From Candidatus Cloacimonadales bacterium (GTDB lineage Bacteria; Cloacimonadota; Cloacimonadia; Cloacimonadales; JAFGVF01), in assembly GCA_963662585.1 (NCBI GenBank), contig OY759729.1:1784234-1848233 (forward strand): 64,000 nt of DNA, given 5' to 3'. The stretch's first letter is position 1. Each line of letters starts with the position of its first letter. Below, one piece after another: positions 28,541 to 37,180 of this stretch. Both the position numbers and the translations under genes were made by a program. Below the pieces are notes generated by a model that ran no database searches, had not been told where the DNA came from, and saw nothing but the letters and a program-made list of their open reading frames with translations.

Positions 28541-28909
28541 ATGAATATATATAAATTAATTAGATGGTTTTTAGTCCTCTATCTCATAACACTGATAACA
28601 GTATCGGTAATTCCCTTAGGGAGTGTGAGTAGAGAAATTACTAATGTTACAGTAATTCATCTGCGAGGAGATTATTTTTTACATTTGCTGGTGTATCTTC
28701 CGGTAGTGTCCCTCTTAATGCTTAGTTTGCAGAAATGGAAGTGGAAAATGCTACTTGTAGCTTTTGGTGTAGCGATAGGTTTGGAATATATCCAAATGTT
28801 GCTTCCTTATAGAAGCTTTAATATTAATGACTTGATTGCTAATGCTTCTGGGGTTCTTGTAGGAGCTTTGATTTATCCTCTAATTACACGGATTTCAAGA
28901 ATTCTGTAA
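28541..28909 (+). CDS. VanZ-like family membrane protein
   Basis: ATG 28541 (MNIYKLIRW…), four hydrophobic helices, NINDLIANASGVLVG near the C-terminus. The 5' extension to 28457 in the ORF track lies in repeat sequence. Confidence 0.5.
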   Translation: MNIYKLIRWFLVLYLITLITVSVIPLGSVSREITNVTVIHLRGDYFLHLLVYLPVVSLLMLSLQKWKWKMLLVAFGVAIGLEYIQMLLPYRSFNINDLIANASGVLVGALIYPLITRISRIL

Positions 28910-28915
28910 AGATTC

Positions 28916-29446
28916 AAAATTATGGACATAACCCTGTAAGGATTTAATCAAATTTATATAATAAGGTCCTTGCACCTTAAATTTTCCAGTTCTCCGCTAG
29001 AGCGTCGAACCACTAATGGTGGGTTGCTTTGTGCTACCAAGAAACAGCTCCTCTGGAGCTAAAACCAATGAATTAACTCAGAATGATGCTAGCAAGAAAC
29101 CGCTCCGCTGACAGGAACCAAAATTATCTCTTTATGATACCAAGATTGAACCAAGCATATCTCTTCGCTTCGGAGAAGCGGTTTCTTGGTAGTCATGAGT
29201 ACCTATCACGAACACCTTCGCTCCGTAGGTGCGAATTTATTTTAATTAAATAGCATATTATATAATATTTATTAACAAATAATATAAATATATTTTGTTT
29301 GTATACTTTTTTACTAGCAAGGAAAAATAATATCCCTGAAAGGGATTAATAGATTAGCCTGGGGTAAGATCCTATAGGGATCGTCACCCCAGGTGCAATA
29401 TCTAAAATTATGGACATAACCCTGTAAGGGTTTAATCAAATTTATA
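28916..29446. repeat. Segment bracketed by 43-bp direct repeats, containing a hairpin-rich GC-richer core and an AT-rich stretch
   Basis: AAAATTATGGACATAACCCTGTAAGG(A/G)TTTAATCAAATTTATA at 28916-28958 and 29404-29446 (42/43). Inside, ACCAAGAAAC(A/C)GCT occurs three times, one of them inverted. Confidence 0.55.
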
Positions 29447-29463
29447 GAAGGATTAATGAGAAA

Positions 29464-32458
29464 TTTTATAAGGTATTTCGCACGCAAGGGTGCATGCAAT
29501 CCGGCAGAAGAGGTCTTATCATGCTGTAAACTATCATCTTTAGTGATTAACTGGGGTTACGGACCTTTAGTCCGTGAATACATCAGGCTGTATTTCAGTC
29601 TGTTTTATTTAATCCCTTTGGGATTGAATGACACAGGGGGTGTTTTCTTCTATGGAGTGGAAGCGTCTCTGCTTCCACATTAGACAAAAATAAGATAACA
29701 TTAGAATTTTATAAGGTTTTTCGCATGCAAGGGTGCATGCAATCCGGCAGAAGAGGTCTTATCACATTTGTTACCTTTTTAGGATATGTCGCCCTGCTAG
29801 GGCTATATGCTGGTTGTTTCCTCTAGGAGTGTCTTGCGAACACTCCCTGTTATATGTTATCCCTCCGGGATGTAAAAGGCTCGACAAGAATACAGCACAT
29901 TAAACCAGGATTAAAGAGGTCAACATTATTCACCATTCTACCAGCTCCCTCTGCAGCTAAGAAGATTTTGAAGGATTAATGAGAAATTTTATAAGGTATT
30001 TCGCACGCAAGGGTGCATGCAATCTGGCAGAAGAGGTCTTATCATGCTGTAAACTATCATCTTTAGTGATTAACTGGGGTTACGGACCTTTAGTCCGTGA
30101 ATACATCAGGCTGTATTTCAGTCTGTTTTATTTAATCCCTTTGGGATTGAATGACACAGGGGGTGTTTACTTCTATGGAGTGGAAGCGTCTCTGCTTCCA
30201 CATTAGTCAAAAATAAAATAACATTAGAATTTTATAAGGTTTTTCGCATGCAAGGGTGCATGCAATCCGGCAGAAGAGGTCTTATCAAATTTGTTACCTT
30301 TTTAGGATATGTCGCCCTGCTAGGGCTATATGCTGGTTGTTTCTTCTAGGAGTGTCTTGCGAACACTCCCTGTTATATGTTATCCCTCCGGGATGTAAGA
30401 GGTCCCGTATCAAGTATTTATTACAGCACATTAAACCAGGATTAAAGAGGTCAACATTATTCACCAATCTACCAGCTGCCTCTGCAGCTAATAAGATTTT
30501 GAAGGATTAATGAAATATTTTTATAAGGTATTTCGCACGCAAGGGTGCATGCAATCCGGCAGAAGAGGTCTTATCACATTTGTTACCTTTTTAGGATATG
30601 TCGCCCTGCTAGGGCTAAATGCTGGATGTTTCTTCTAGGAGTGTCTTGCGAACACTCCCTGTTATATGTTATCCCTCCGGGATGTAAGAGGTCCCGTATC
30701 AAGTATTTATTACAGCACATTAAACCAGGATTAAAGAGGTCAACATTATTCACCAATCTACCAGCTGCCTCTGCAGCTAAGAAGATTTTGAAGGATTAAT
30801 GAGAAATTTTATAAGGTATTTCGCACGCAAGGGTGCATGCAATCCGGCAGAAGAGTTCTTATCATGCTGTAAACTATCATCTTTAGTGATTAACTGGGGT
30901 TACGGACCTTTAGTCCGTGAATACATCAGGCTGTATTTCAGTCTGTTTTATTTAATCCCTTTGGGATTGAATGACACAGGGGGTGTTTTCTTCTATGGAG
31001 TGGAAGCGTCTCTGCTTCCACATTAGACAAAAATAAGATAACATTAGAATTTTATAAGGTTTTTCGCATGCAAGGGTGCATGCAATCCGGCAGAAGAGTT
31101 CTTATCATATTTGTTACCTTTTTAGGATATGTCGCCCTGCTAGGGCTATATGCTGGTTGTTTCTTCTAGGAGTGTCTTGCGAACACTCCCTGGTATATGT
31201 TATCCCTCCGGGATGTAAGAGGTCCCGTATCAAGTATTTATTACAGCACATTAAACCAGGATTAAAGAGGTCAACATTATTCACCATTCTACCAGCTCCC
31301 TCTGCAGCTAAGAAGATTTTGAAGGATTAATGAGAAATTTTATAAGGTATTTCGCACGTAAGGGTGCATGCAATCTGGCAGAAGAGGTCTTATCATGCTG
31401 TAAACTATCATCTTTAGTGATTAACTGGGGTTACGGACCTTTAGTCCGTGAATACATCAGGCTGTATTTCAGTCTGTTTTATTTAATCCCTTTGGGATTG
31501 AATGACACAGGGGGTGTTTACTTCTATGGAGTGGAAGCGTCTCTGCTTCCACATTAGTCAAAAATAAAATAACATTAGAATTTTATAAGGTTTTTCGCAT
31601 GCAAGGGTGCATGCAATCCGGCAGAAGAGGTCTTATCAAATTTGTTACCTTTTTAGGATATGTCGCCCTGCTAGGGCTATATGCTGGTTGTTTCTTCTAG
31701 GAGTGTCTTGCGAACACTCCCTGTTATATGTTATCCCTCCGGGATGTAAGAGGTCCCGTATCAAGTATTTATTACAGCACATTAAACCAGGATTAAAGAG
31801 GTCAACATTATTCACCATTCTACCAGCTCCCTCTGCAGCTAAGAAGATTTTGAAGGATTAATGAGATATTTTATAAGGTATTTCGCACGCAAGGGTGCAT
31901 GCAATCCGGCAGAAGAGGTCTTATGATGCTGTAAACTATCATCTTTAGTGATTAACTGGGGTTACGGACCTTTAGTCCGTGAATACATCAGGCTGTATTT
32001 CAGTCTGTTTTATTTAATCCCTTTGGGATTGAATGACACAGGGTGTGTTTTCTTCTATGGAGTGGAAGCGTCTCTGCTTCCACATTAGACAAAAATAAGA
32101 TAACATTAGAATTTTATAAGGTTTTTCGCATGCAAGGGTGCATGCAATCCGGCAGAAGAGGTCTTATCACATTTGTTACCTTTTTAGGATATGTCGCCCT
32201 GCCAGGGCTATATTCTGGTTGTTTCTTCTAGGAGTGTCTTGTGAACACTCCCTGTTATATGTTATCCCTCCGGGATGTAAGAGGTCCCGTATCAAGTATT
32301 TATTACAGCACATTAAACCAGGATTAAAGAGGTCAACATTATTCACCATTCTACCAGCTCCCTCTGCAGCTAAGAAGATTTTGAAGGATTAATGAAATAT
32401 TTTTATAAGGTATTTCGCACGCAAGGGTGCATGCAATCTGGCAGAAGAGGTCTTATCA
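29464..32458. repeat. Composite tandem array: 12 copies of a 58-bp hairpin repeat (J) alternating with two body types (A 185 bp, B 222-231 bp)
   Basis: J starts at 29464, 29707, 29987, 30230, 30519, 30807, 31050, 31338, 31581, 31869, 32112 and 32401. Periods are 243 (A) and 280-289 (B). Order: A B A' B B A B A' B A B. Confidence 0.9.
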
Positions 32459-32550
32459 TTTACTTAAGTTAATACTAAAACTCTGTGTTAAGGAACTTCT
32501 CTTATTCTTTCTTATTAGTGAAATTAGTGGATAGATTCTTCTTGCTTAAA

Positions 32551-34509
32551 CTAATCATTAATCAAGGAGAATTTAATAATATCCTTTTCAGGGTCTATTC
32601 TGTCAATTATAAGATTAACACTATCTCCAACAAGGAGTTCTTCTTTGCATCTAATATTATACCTTTTTCCAAAAGAGAGTAATTCGCAGGTGTAATTATT
32701 TTGGTTATCACTAACGACTACTGCAGGTAGTGGTTCATAGAGAAGATTCTGTTTTAAGTATTTCAGGAACCAATAATTAAAGGAACTAGAATAAAGTTGA
32801 GAGTAGTTTTTGTTTGTCCATTCGATATCAGAAAGGAAGCTAAGTAACTCTTCTTGGGTGTAGGAAAAGATTTGATTCTTTAAATAACCTGTTATTTGAC
32901 GCTGTGTTAATAAGTCAAAATACCTGCGTAAAGGCGAAGTAATCTGAGAATAGTAATCAACACCTAATCCGTAATGTTTTCCTGGAATAGAAGAGAAATT
33001 AGAAGGACGGATAAGTCTGATGAGTTTATCATTCATTATTGGGTCATAATAATCTGGCTGAAGAAAGTGCTTATAATCCTCATTGGGCATTTCTTGAATT
33101 CTGTAGATATAAGGGATATTATTCGTAGAAGCAAATTCAGCAAGACTTGTATTCATTTGGATCATTAATTCACTGATAATTTTACGGGAGAATGATCTTT
33201 GGTTAGTCATTTTCAAAGTTACTTCATCATTGATTACCCTCATTTCAATTTCAGGTCTGTTAATCTCGATTGCTCCAGCTTCAAATCTTCTATTTCTAAG
33301 ATTATCAGTTAATTTTCTGAGAATATTAAAATCACTATTGGCTTCGTTTTTGGATTTCTTCAGTATTTTATCAAATTCATCGTAGGATATTTTGTGAGTT
33401 ACTGCTAGTTTTGATAAGATAATTTTTTTATCTAATAACTCAAATTCTGGTGAGAAAGTGAATAGAGTGCTGAGAGTTGGGCGTATTTGTCCTTTAACTA
33501 AGCTGAGTTTATCATGACTAAGTTCAGGAGGAAGCATTGGGATTTCTCCAGTTTCAAGATAGACAGTAGAGACTCTTTGATTAGCTACTTTGTCTAAGAG
33601 TGAATCCTTAGGGATATAGCTTCCTAAATCTGTTATATGAACACCAAGAAGATAGTTACCTTCAATTATGTCGAAAGATATAGCATCATCAATTTCTTTA
33701 GTATCCTCACTGTCTATAGTATAGCTAGTGAGGTGAGATAGGTCTTCTCTTCCTGTGAGGTCAATTTTTAGATGATTAGCTTCATCAATTTCTGCTAGGG
33801 AAAATTCAGTAGTAAGACCGTAGATTATAGCAAATTTATCTGAATCCTGAGCTACTTTATCATTAATCTTTAAAATATTATAAACAAAGAAGCGACTATC
33901 TTGTCCGTTAGCATATTTATCAATAACGGAAGTAAGTACTTGATTTTCAGGCTTCTTTAACCAAGAAAAAAGACAGTCGAATATTTTAGAATCGACTGCT
34001 TGGTCATTTCTCATTGCTAAACCAATATTGTCAGAGTAGAAGCTATGAATCTCAAGTTTCTCTTTCTCTTTTTTCTCTTGAACTAGTATTTCCTCAATCT
34101 GTTCTAAAGAGCGGGGAGTAACTTGTAGTCCTTTTCTTTTGAAGTGATTTTTTTCTTCTCTAATTGCCCGAAAAAGAGCAGATTGGATTAAGGTACTAGG
34201 ACTATCTATTAAAAAAGAGGCTAGTTCCTCTATAGAATACTCTCTACTATCTTCTTGGGTAAGTTCCCATAGGTCCATAACTGAGATATTATCTTTTTCT
34301 GATTCTATTAAATGGTCCAAATCAGAGATAGCACTTGAAAGGTTATCTTGAGATAGAACTTGATGTTGGAAAAGTATCCGACTACTAGTTAATTTTAGTT
34401 TTTGCTTAGAAGCTTTCTCAACAACAATACGATTATCTGATTCTTCTGTTTTCTTACCAAAATGAATTTCATTACCTTCGAAGTATTCTACTATCTCTAA
34501 TTTTTCCAT
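32551..34509 (-). CDS. RNB-domain 3'-5' exoribonuclease (RNase II/R family)
   Basis: 652 aa. DSEDTKEIDDAIS and HYGLGVDYYSQITSPLRRYFDL catalytic motifs. Confidence 0.75.
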   Translation of the reverse strand: MEKLEIVEYFEGNEIHFGKKTEESDNRIVVEKASKQKLKLTSSRILFQHQVLSQDNLSSAISDLDHLIESEKDNISVMDLWELTQEDSREYSIEELASFLIDSPSTLIQSALFRAIREEKNHFKRKGLQVTPRSLEQIEEILVQEKKEKEKLEIHSFYSDNIGLAMRNDQAVDSKIFDCLFSWLKKPENQVLTSVIDKYANGQDSRFFVYNILKINDKVAQDSDKFAIIYGLTTEFSLAEIDEANHLKIDLTGREDLSHLTSYTIDSEDTKEIDDAISFDIIEGNYLLGVHITDLGSYIPKDSLLDKVANQRVSTVYLETGEIPMLPPELSHDKLSLVKGQIRPTLSTLFTFSPEFELLDKKIILSKLAVTHKISYDEFDKILKKSKNEANSDFNILRKLTDNLRNRRFEAGAIEINRPEIEMRVINDEVTLKMTNQRSFSRKIISELMIQMNTSLAEFASTNNIPYIYRIQEMPNEDYKHFLQPDYYDPIMNDKLIRLIRPSNFSSIPGKHYGLGVDYYSQITSPLRRYFDLLTQRQITGYLKNQIFSYTQEELLSFLSDIEWTNKNYSQLYSSSFNYWFLKYLKQNLLYEPLPAVVVSDNQNNYTCELLSFGKRYNIRCKEELLVGDSVNLIIDRIDPEKDIIKFSLIND

Positions 34510-34601
34510 TAATCTTTAGTCCTAAATTTTTGACTGATGTTTTCAGCCTTCTTTCTCGTGTATTATATCATACACTTGTATCAAGCTGTTCTCTATTTCT
34601 A

Positions 34602-35891
34602 TTACTTGGAGTTTTTACTCTCTGTCTGCTTTGCATTAATAGCTTCTCGCTTGAAAGGCATGGTCATACAACGACAGCCACCACCACCTCTAGCTAATTC
34701 TGAACCCTCAATAGCTACACAGTATCTCTCATAATCAGCAATATTTGTCTTCTTAGAAACAATATCTCGAGCAGGAATAATAGCATAACCATGTTTAGCT
34801 AATTCATCCATTGTGTGAGTATTTCTTCCGTAACCAAGGACTTTTCCAGGTCCAACAGAAAAGAAGTTTGTTCCACTATGCCATTGCTCTCTTTCTTGAG
34901 TCCAAACATCTGTTCTTCCTCCACAAAAGAGTGGTTCAACTTCATGACCTAAACTCTTTAAAGCTGTAATGAGGTTGTTTTCATAAGAGATTTTAACTTC
35001 TCCATTTCTGATTAAAATAGAGACAGTTTCTAGTCGATTATTTTTTAATATTACAGGTTCATAAACCATACATTGATTAAAATCTAAGAAAGTAAATACC
35101 ATGTCTAAATGGATAAAGGATTCTGGAGCGAGAGGTAGTTCCTGAACAATAATATTGAAGTCCTTACCACTATTTTTATAATGCTCTATTAAGTAATCTA
35201 TACCTTCAGATGTCGTTCTTCCTCCCATTCCGATAAGTAGAGTATTCTCATTAGCCACAAGTACATCACCACCTTCGATAGTAATCTTATGAGCAGGAAC
35301 TTTTTTGGAGTTAAGTGGATTGAAAGTTCTTGTTTTAAAATCAGGATGATAATCAAAGATAGTTTCCATTATTATGGATTCTCTCTCTCTCACTTGATTA
35401 GCCATCTTTCCAATTAATACTTCATTGCCAATAGACATAGAAGCATCTCTCATGAAAAAGAAGTTATGTAAAGGGCGTAAAATATATTTCTCTTGACTAA
35501 GAAAATTAGTCAGATTATTCTTCTTAAGAACTACTCCTTCAAATAATTGACGAGTTGTTTCTTTAGGTGAAAGTGCCATTAGAGAGCTAAAGATTCTTGG
35601 CTCATTCTCATTCTGGCATATTTTGTGAATAAGATTGTGTTTAACTTTTTCGTTGATCAAAACCTCTGTAAGTAAATCTCTTACTTCATAAGTGTTAGTT
35701 ATCATTGAAAGAACATCGTAAAAATCTGAATACTCTTTATCTGCTACATTTAAATTTAGAATATCACTGTAAAGTGCTTTTTCTGCATTTCCCGGAGTCA
35801 TGTTCTCAACTTCTCTGCCAGGTCTATGGAGAATTACACCATCTAATTTACCGACTTCAGAAGAGACTTGCACAGGTATTAAGTTTGTCAT
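34602..35891 (-). CDS. arcA: Arginine deiminase
   Basis: 429 aa. N-terminal SEVGKLDGVILHRPGRE and the C-terminal active-site context GGGGCRCMTMP. Confidence 0.8.
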   Translation of the reverse strand: MTNLIPVQVSSEVGKLDGVILHRPGREVENMTPGNAEKALYSDILNLNVADKEYSDFYDVLSMITNTYEVRDLLTEVLINEKVKHNLIHKICQNENEPRIFSSLMALSPKETTRQLFEGVVLKKNNLTNFLSQEKYILRPLHNFFFMRDASMSIGNEVLIGKMANQVRERESIIMETIFDYHPDFKTRTFNPLNSKKVPAHKITIEGGDVLVANENTLLIGMGGRTTSEGIDYLIEHYKNSGKDFNIIVQELPLAPESFIHLDMVFTFLDFNQCMVYEPVILKNNRLETVSILIRNGEVKISYENNLITALKSLGHEVEPLFCGGRTDVWTQEREQWHSGTNFFSVGPGKVLGYGRNTHTMDELAKHGYAIIPARDIVSKKTNIADYERYCVAIEGSELARGGGGCRCMTMPFKREAINAKQTESKNSK

Positions 35892-35921
35892 TTAAATCTC
35901 CTTTAATGGGATAGGAATTTT

Positions 35922-35958
35922 AAAAAAAATCCCTGTACTTAAACTGTTAGCACAGGGA
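35922..35958 (-). terminator. Rho-independent terminator after the efp / small-protein unit
   Basis: On the minus strand: TCCCTGT-(15 nt)-ACAGGGA followed by T8. Confidence 0.6.
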
Positions 35959-35977
35959 TATAATAAATCAATTCAAA

Positions 35978-36190
35978 TTAAGCGTTAACTTTTCCAGCTG
36001 CTATATCTTTTTCATTGCATTTACACATGCTAACAAATTGATATTTAGGAGCCCAAGTGTTTCCTTTGCTATTTCTGGATCTAACTAATTTAATCTTTTT
36101 TACTTCTGAATTACAAACTGGGCAAATTACCTTACCTTCACTTGAAAGTTCATGGGCAAGTTTTGCCGCAAATGCTTTTCCTTTTGCCAT
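35978..36190 (-). CDS. Small zinc-ribbon-like protein (70 aa), unknown function
   Basis: CPVC…CKC cysteine pairs, basic composition, RBS AGGAGG upstream. Immediately downstream of efp. Confidence 0.4.
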   Translation of the reverse strand: MAKGKAFAAKLAHELSSEGKVICPVCNSEVKKIKLVRSRNSKGNTWAPKYQFVSMCKCNEKDIAAGKVNA

Positions 36191-36224
36191 ATAATCCTCC
36201 TAGGGATATCTTATTATTGTTGTT

Positions 36225-36785
36225 TTAAGCTCTTTCTATATATTCACCATTTCTGGTGTCAATCTTAATCTTCTCACCTTGTTCTACAAAGAAAGGAACA
36301 GTAATTCTCAAACCTGTTTCAGTAATAGCAACTTTTCCACTTCCTGAAGCAGTGTTTCCTTTGAAGTTAGGCTCACACTCAGCAATTTCTTGAATCACAT
36401 AAACAGGTAATTCTATATCAACAATCTCCATATCGGGAGTTGTTTTGATAGTAATCTGCATATTTTCTTTCAAGAATTTTGCATATTTTTCCATAACATT
36501 TTGGTGCACATTCATCATCTCATAATTCTCTAAATCCATGAGTACATAAAATTCACCATCTCTGTATAAATACTCTTTTTTACTCTTTTCTATTCTAACT
36601 TCATTAAATGTTTCGTTGATCCTGAAAGAGTTATCAATAACTTGACCAGTTCTCACATTTCTTAATTTCGATCTTACAAAGGTATTACCTTTACCTGGTT
36701 TAACATGAAGGAATTCGATAAATTCGTAAATTCCATTTTTCCATTCTATAATCATTCCATTACGGATATCAGAAGTTGAAGCCAT
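36225..36785 (-). CDS. efp: Translation elongation factor P
   Basis: 186 aa. MASTSDIRNGMIIE…HVKPGKGNTFVRSKLRN is canonical EF-P. Confidence 0.9.
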   Translation of the reverse strand: MASTSDIRNGMIIEWKNGIYEFIEFLHVKPGKGNTFVRSKLRNVRTGQVIDNSFRINETFNEVRIEKSKKEYLYRDGEFYVLMDLENYEMMNVHQNVMEKYAKFLKENMQITIKTTPDMEIVDIELPVYVIQEIAECEPNFKGNTASGSGKVAITETGLRITVPFFVEQGEKIKIDTRNGEYIERA

Positions 36786-37069
36786 ATATTCCTCTTTATT
36801 TTATTATCTCAACTATGACAAAAAAATTAAAGTAACAAATATGGCAAGAAAAAAATCTAAATACTTTCAAGTAATCTCTTTATAACTATAATTTTAGCCT
36901 CAAATTCCACAAATAAATCACAAAAGAAGTTTTGTAAAACTACTAAGTGTTTTTTATTAATTTTTAGTGTCGCTAAAAATATCAATATAATTTTTAGTAG
37001 CTAGCTAGGTGAAATATTCGGTACTATCTAGCTTCAAACATAACTTAATCAGTAATTTATATTTTTTTA

Positions 37070-37098
37070 TTGACAATTATTTAGTAACAGTATATTGT
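37070..37098 (+). promoter_or_regulatory. Possible sigma-70-type promoter upstream of the histidine kinase gene
   Basis: TTGACA (37070-37075), 17-nt spacer, TATTGT (37093-37098). Pattern match only. Confidence 0.25.
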
Positions 37099-37180
37099 AG
37101 TAAAACATTATTATTCAATGAAGACTGTGAATGATTTGGACCTATAAAAAGGCTATGGTAGTTTTTTTTGAGGAGTAAAT

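Noticed and set aside
28960-29260. Possible tRNA/tmRNA-like gene in the GC-richer patch (GGTTCGACGC on the minus strand)
   Set aside because: I could not assemble a cloverleaf: no acceptor/T-arm pairing and no GTTCRANYC T-loop with a matching stem. The patch is better described as unrelated short hairpins.
32043-32231. 62-aa ORF spanning an A/B junction of the array
   Set aside because: It exists in only one copy because of a single substitution (GGGGGTG to GGGTGTG at about 32042). It is out of frame with the other array ORFs, so it is a chance ORF.
29456-32392. Families of 75-aa (MRNFIRYFARKGAC…) and 84-aa (MHAIRQKRSY…) ORFs tiling the array as real genes
   Set aside because: Every inter-copy nucleotide difference I could trace within the ORFs changes the amino acid (Q/H, R/S, I/K, L/M, L/V, N/I, A/P, N/K, P/L, V/F, F/Y), and I saw no silent changes. 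One A copy (31861) and one B copy (29733 region) are broken without affecting the repeat. There is no RBS. The sequence is explained by hairpin modules, and the ORFs start inside the J hairpin.
29464-32458. CRISPR array interpretation of the 12 regularly spaced J repeats
   Set aside because: The repeat is 58 bp and the intervals are 185-231 bp, far outside CRISPR ranges. The 'spacers' come in only two near-identical types instead of being unique. No cas genes are in the window.
29464-32458. Integron-type attC (59-be) cassette array or CALIN
   Set aside because: J is about 58 bp and partly palindromic, but neither strand contains the RYYYAAC / GTTRRRY core sites. The bodies are too short and too repetitive to be gene cassettes. 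No intI-like integrase is present.
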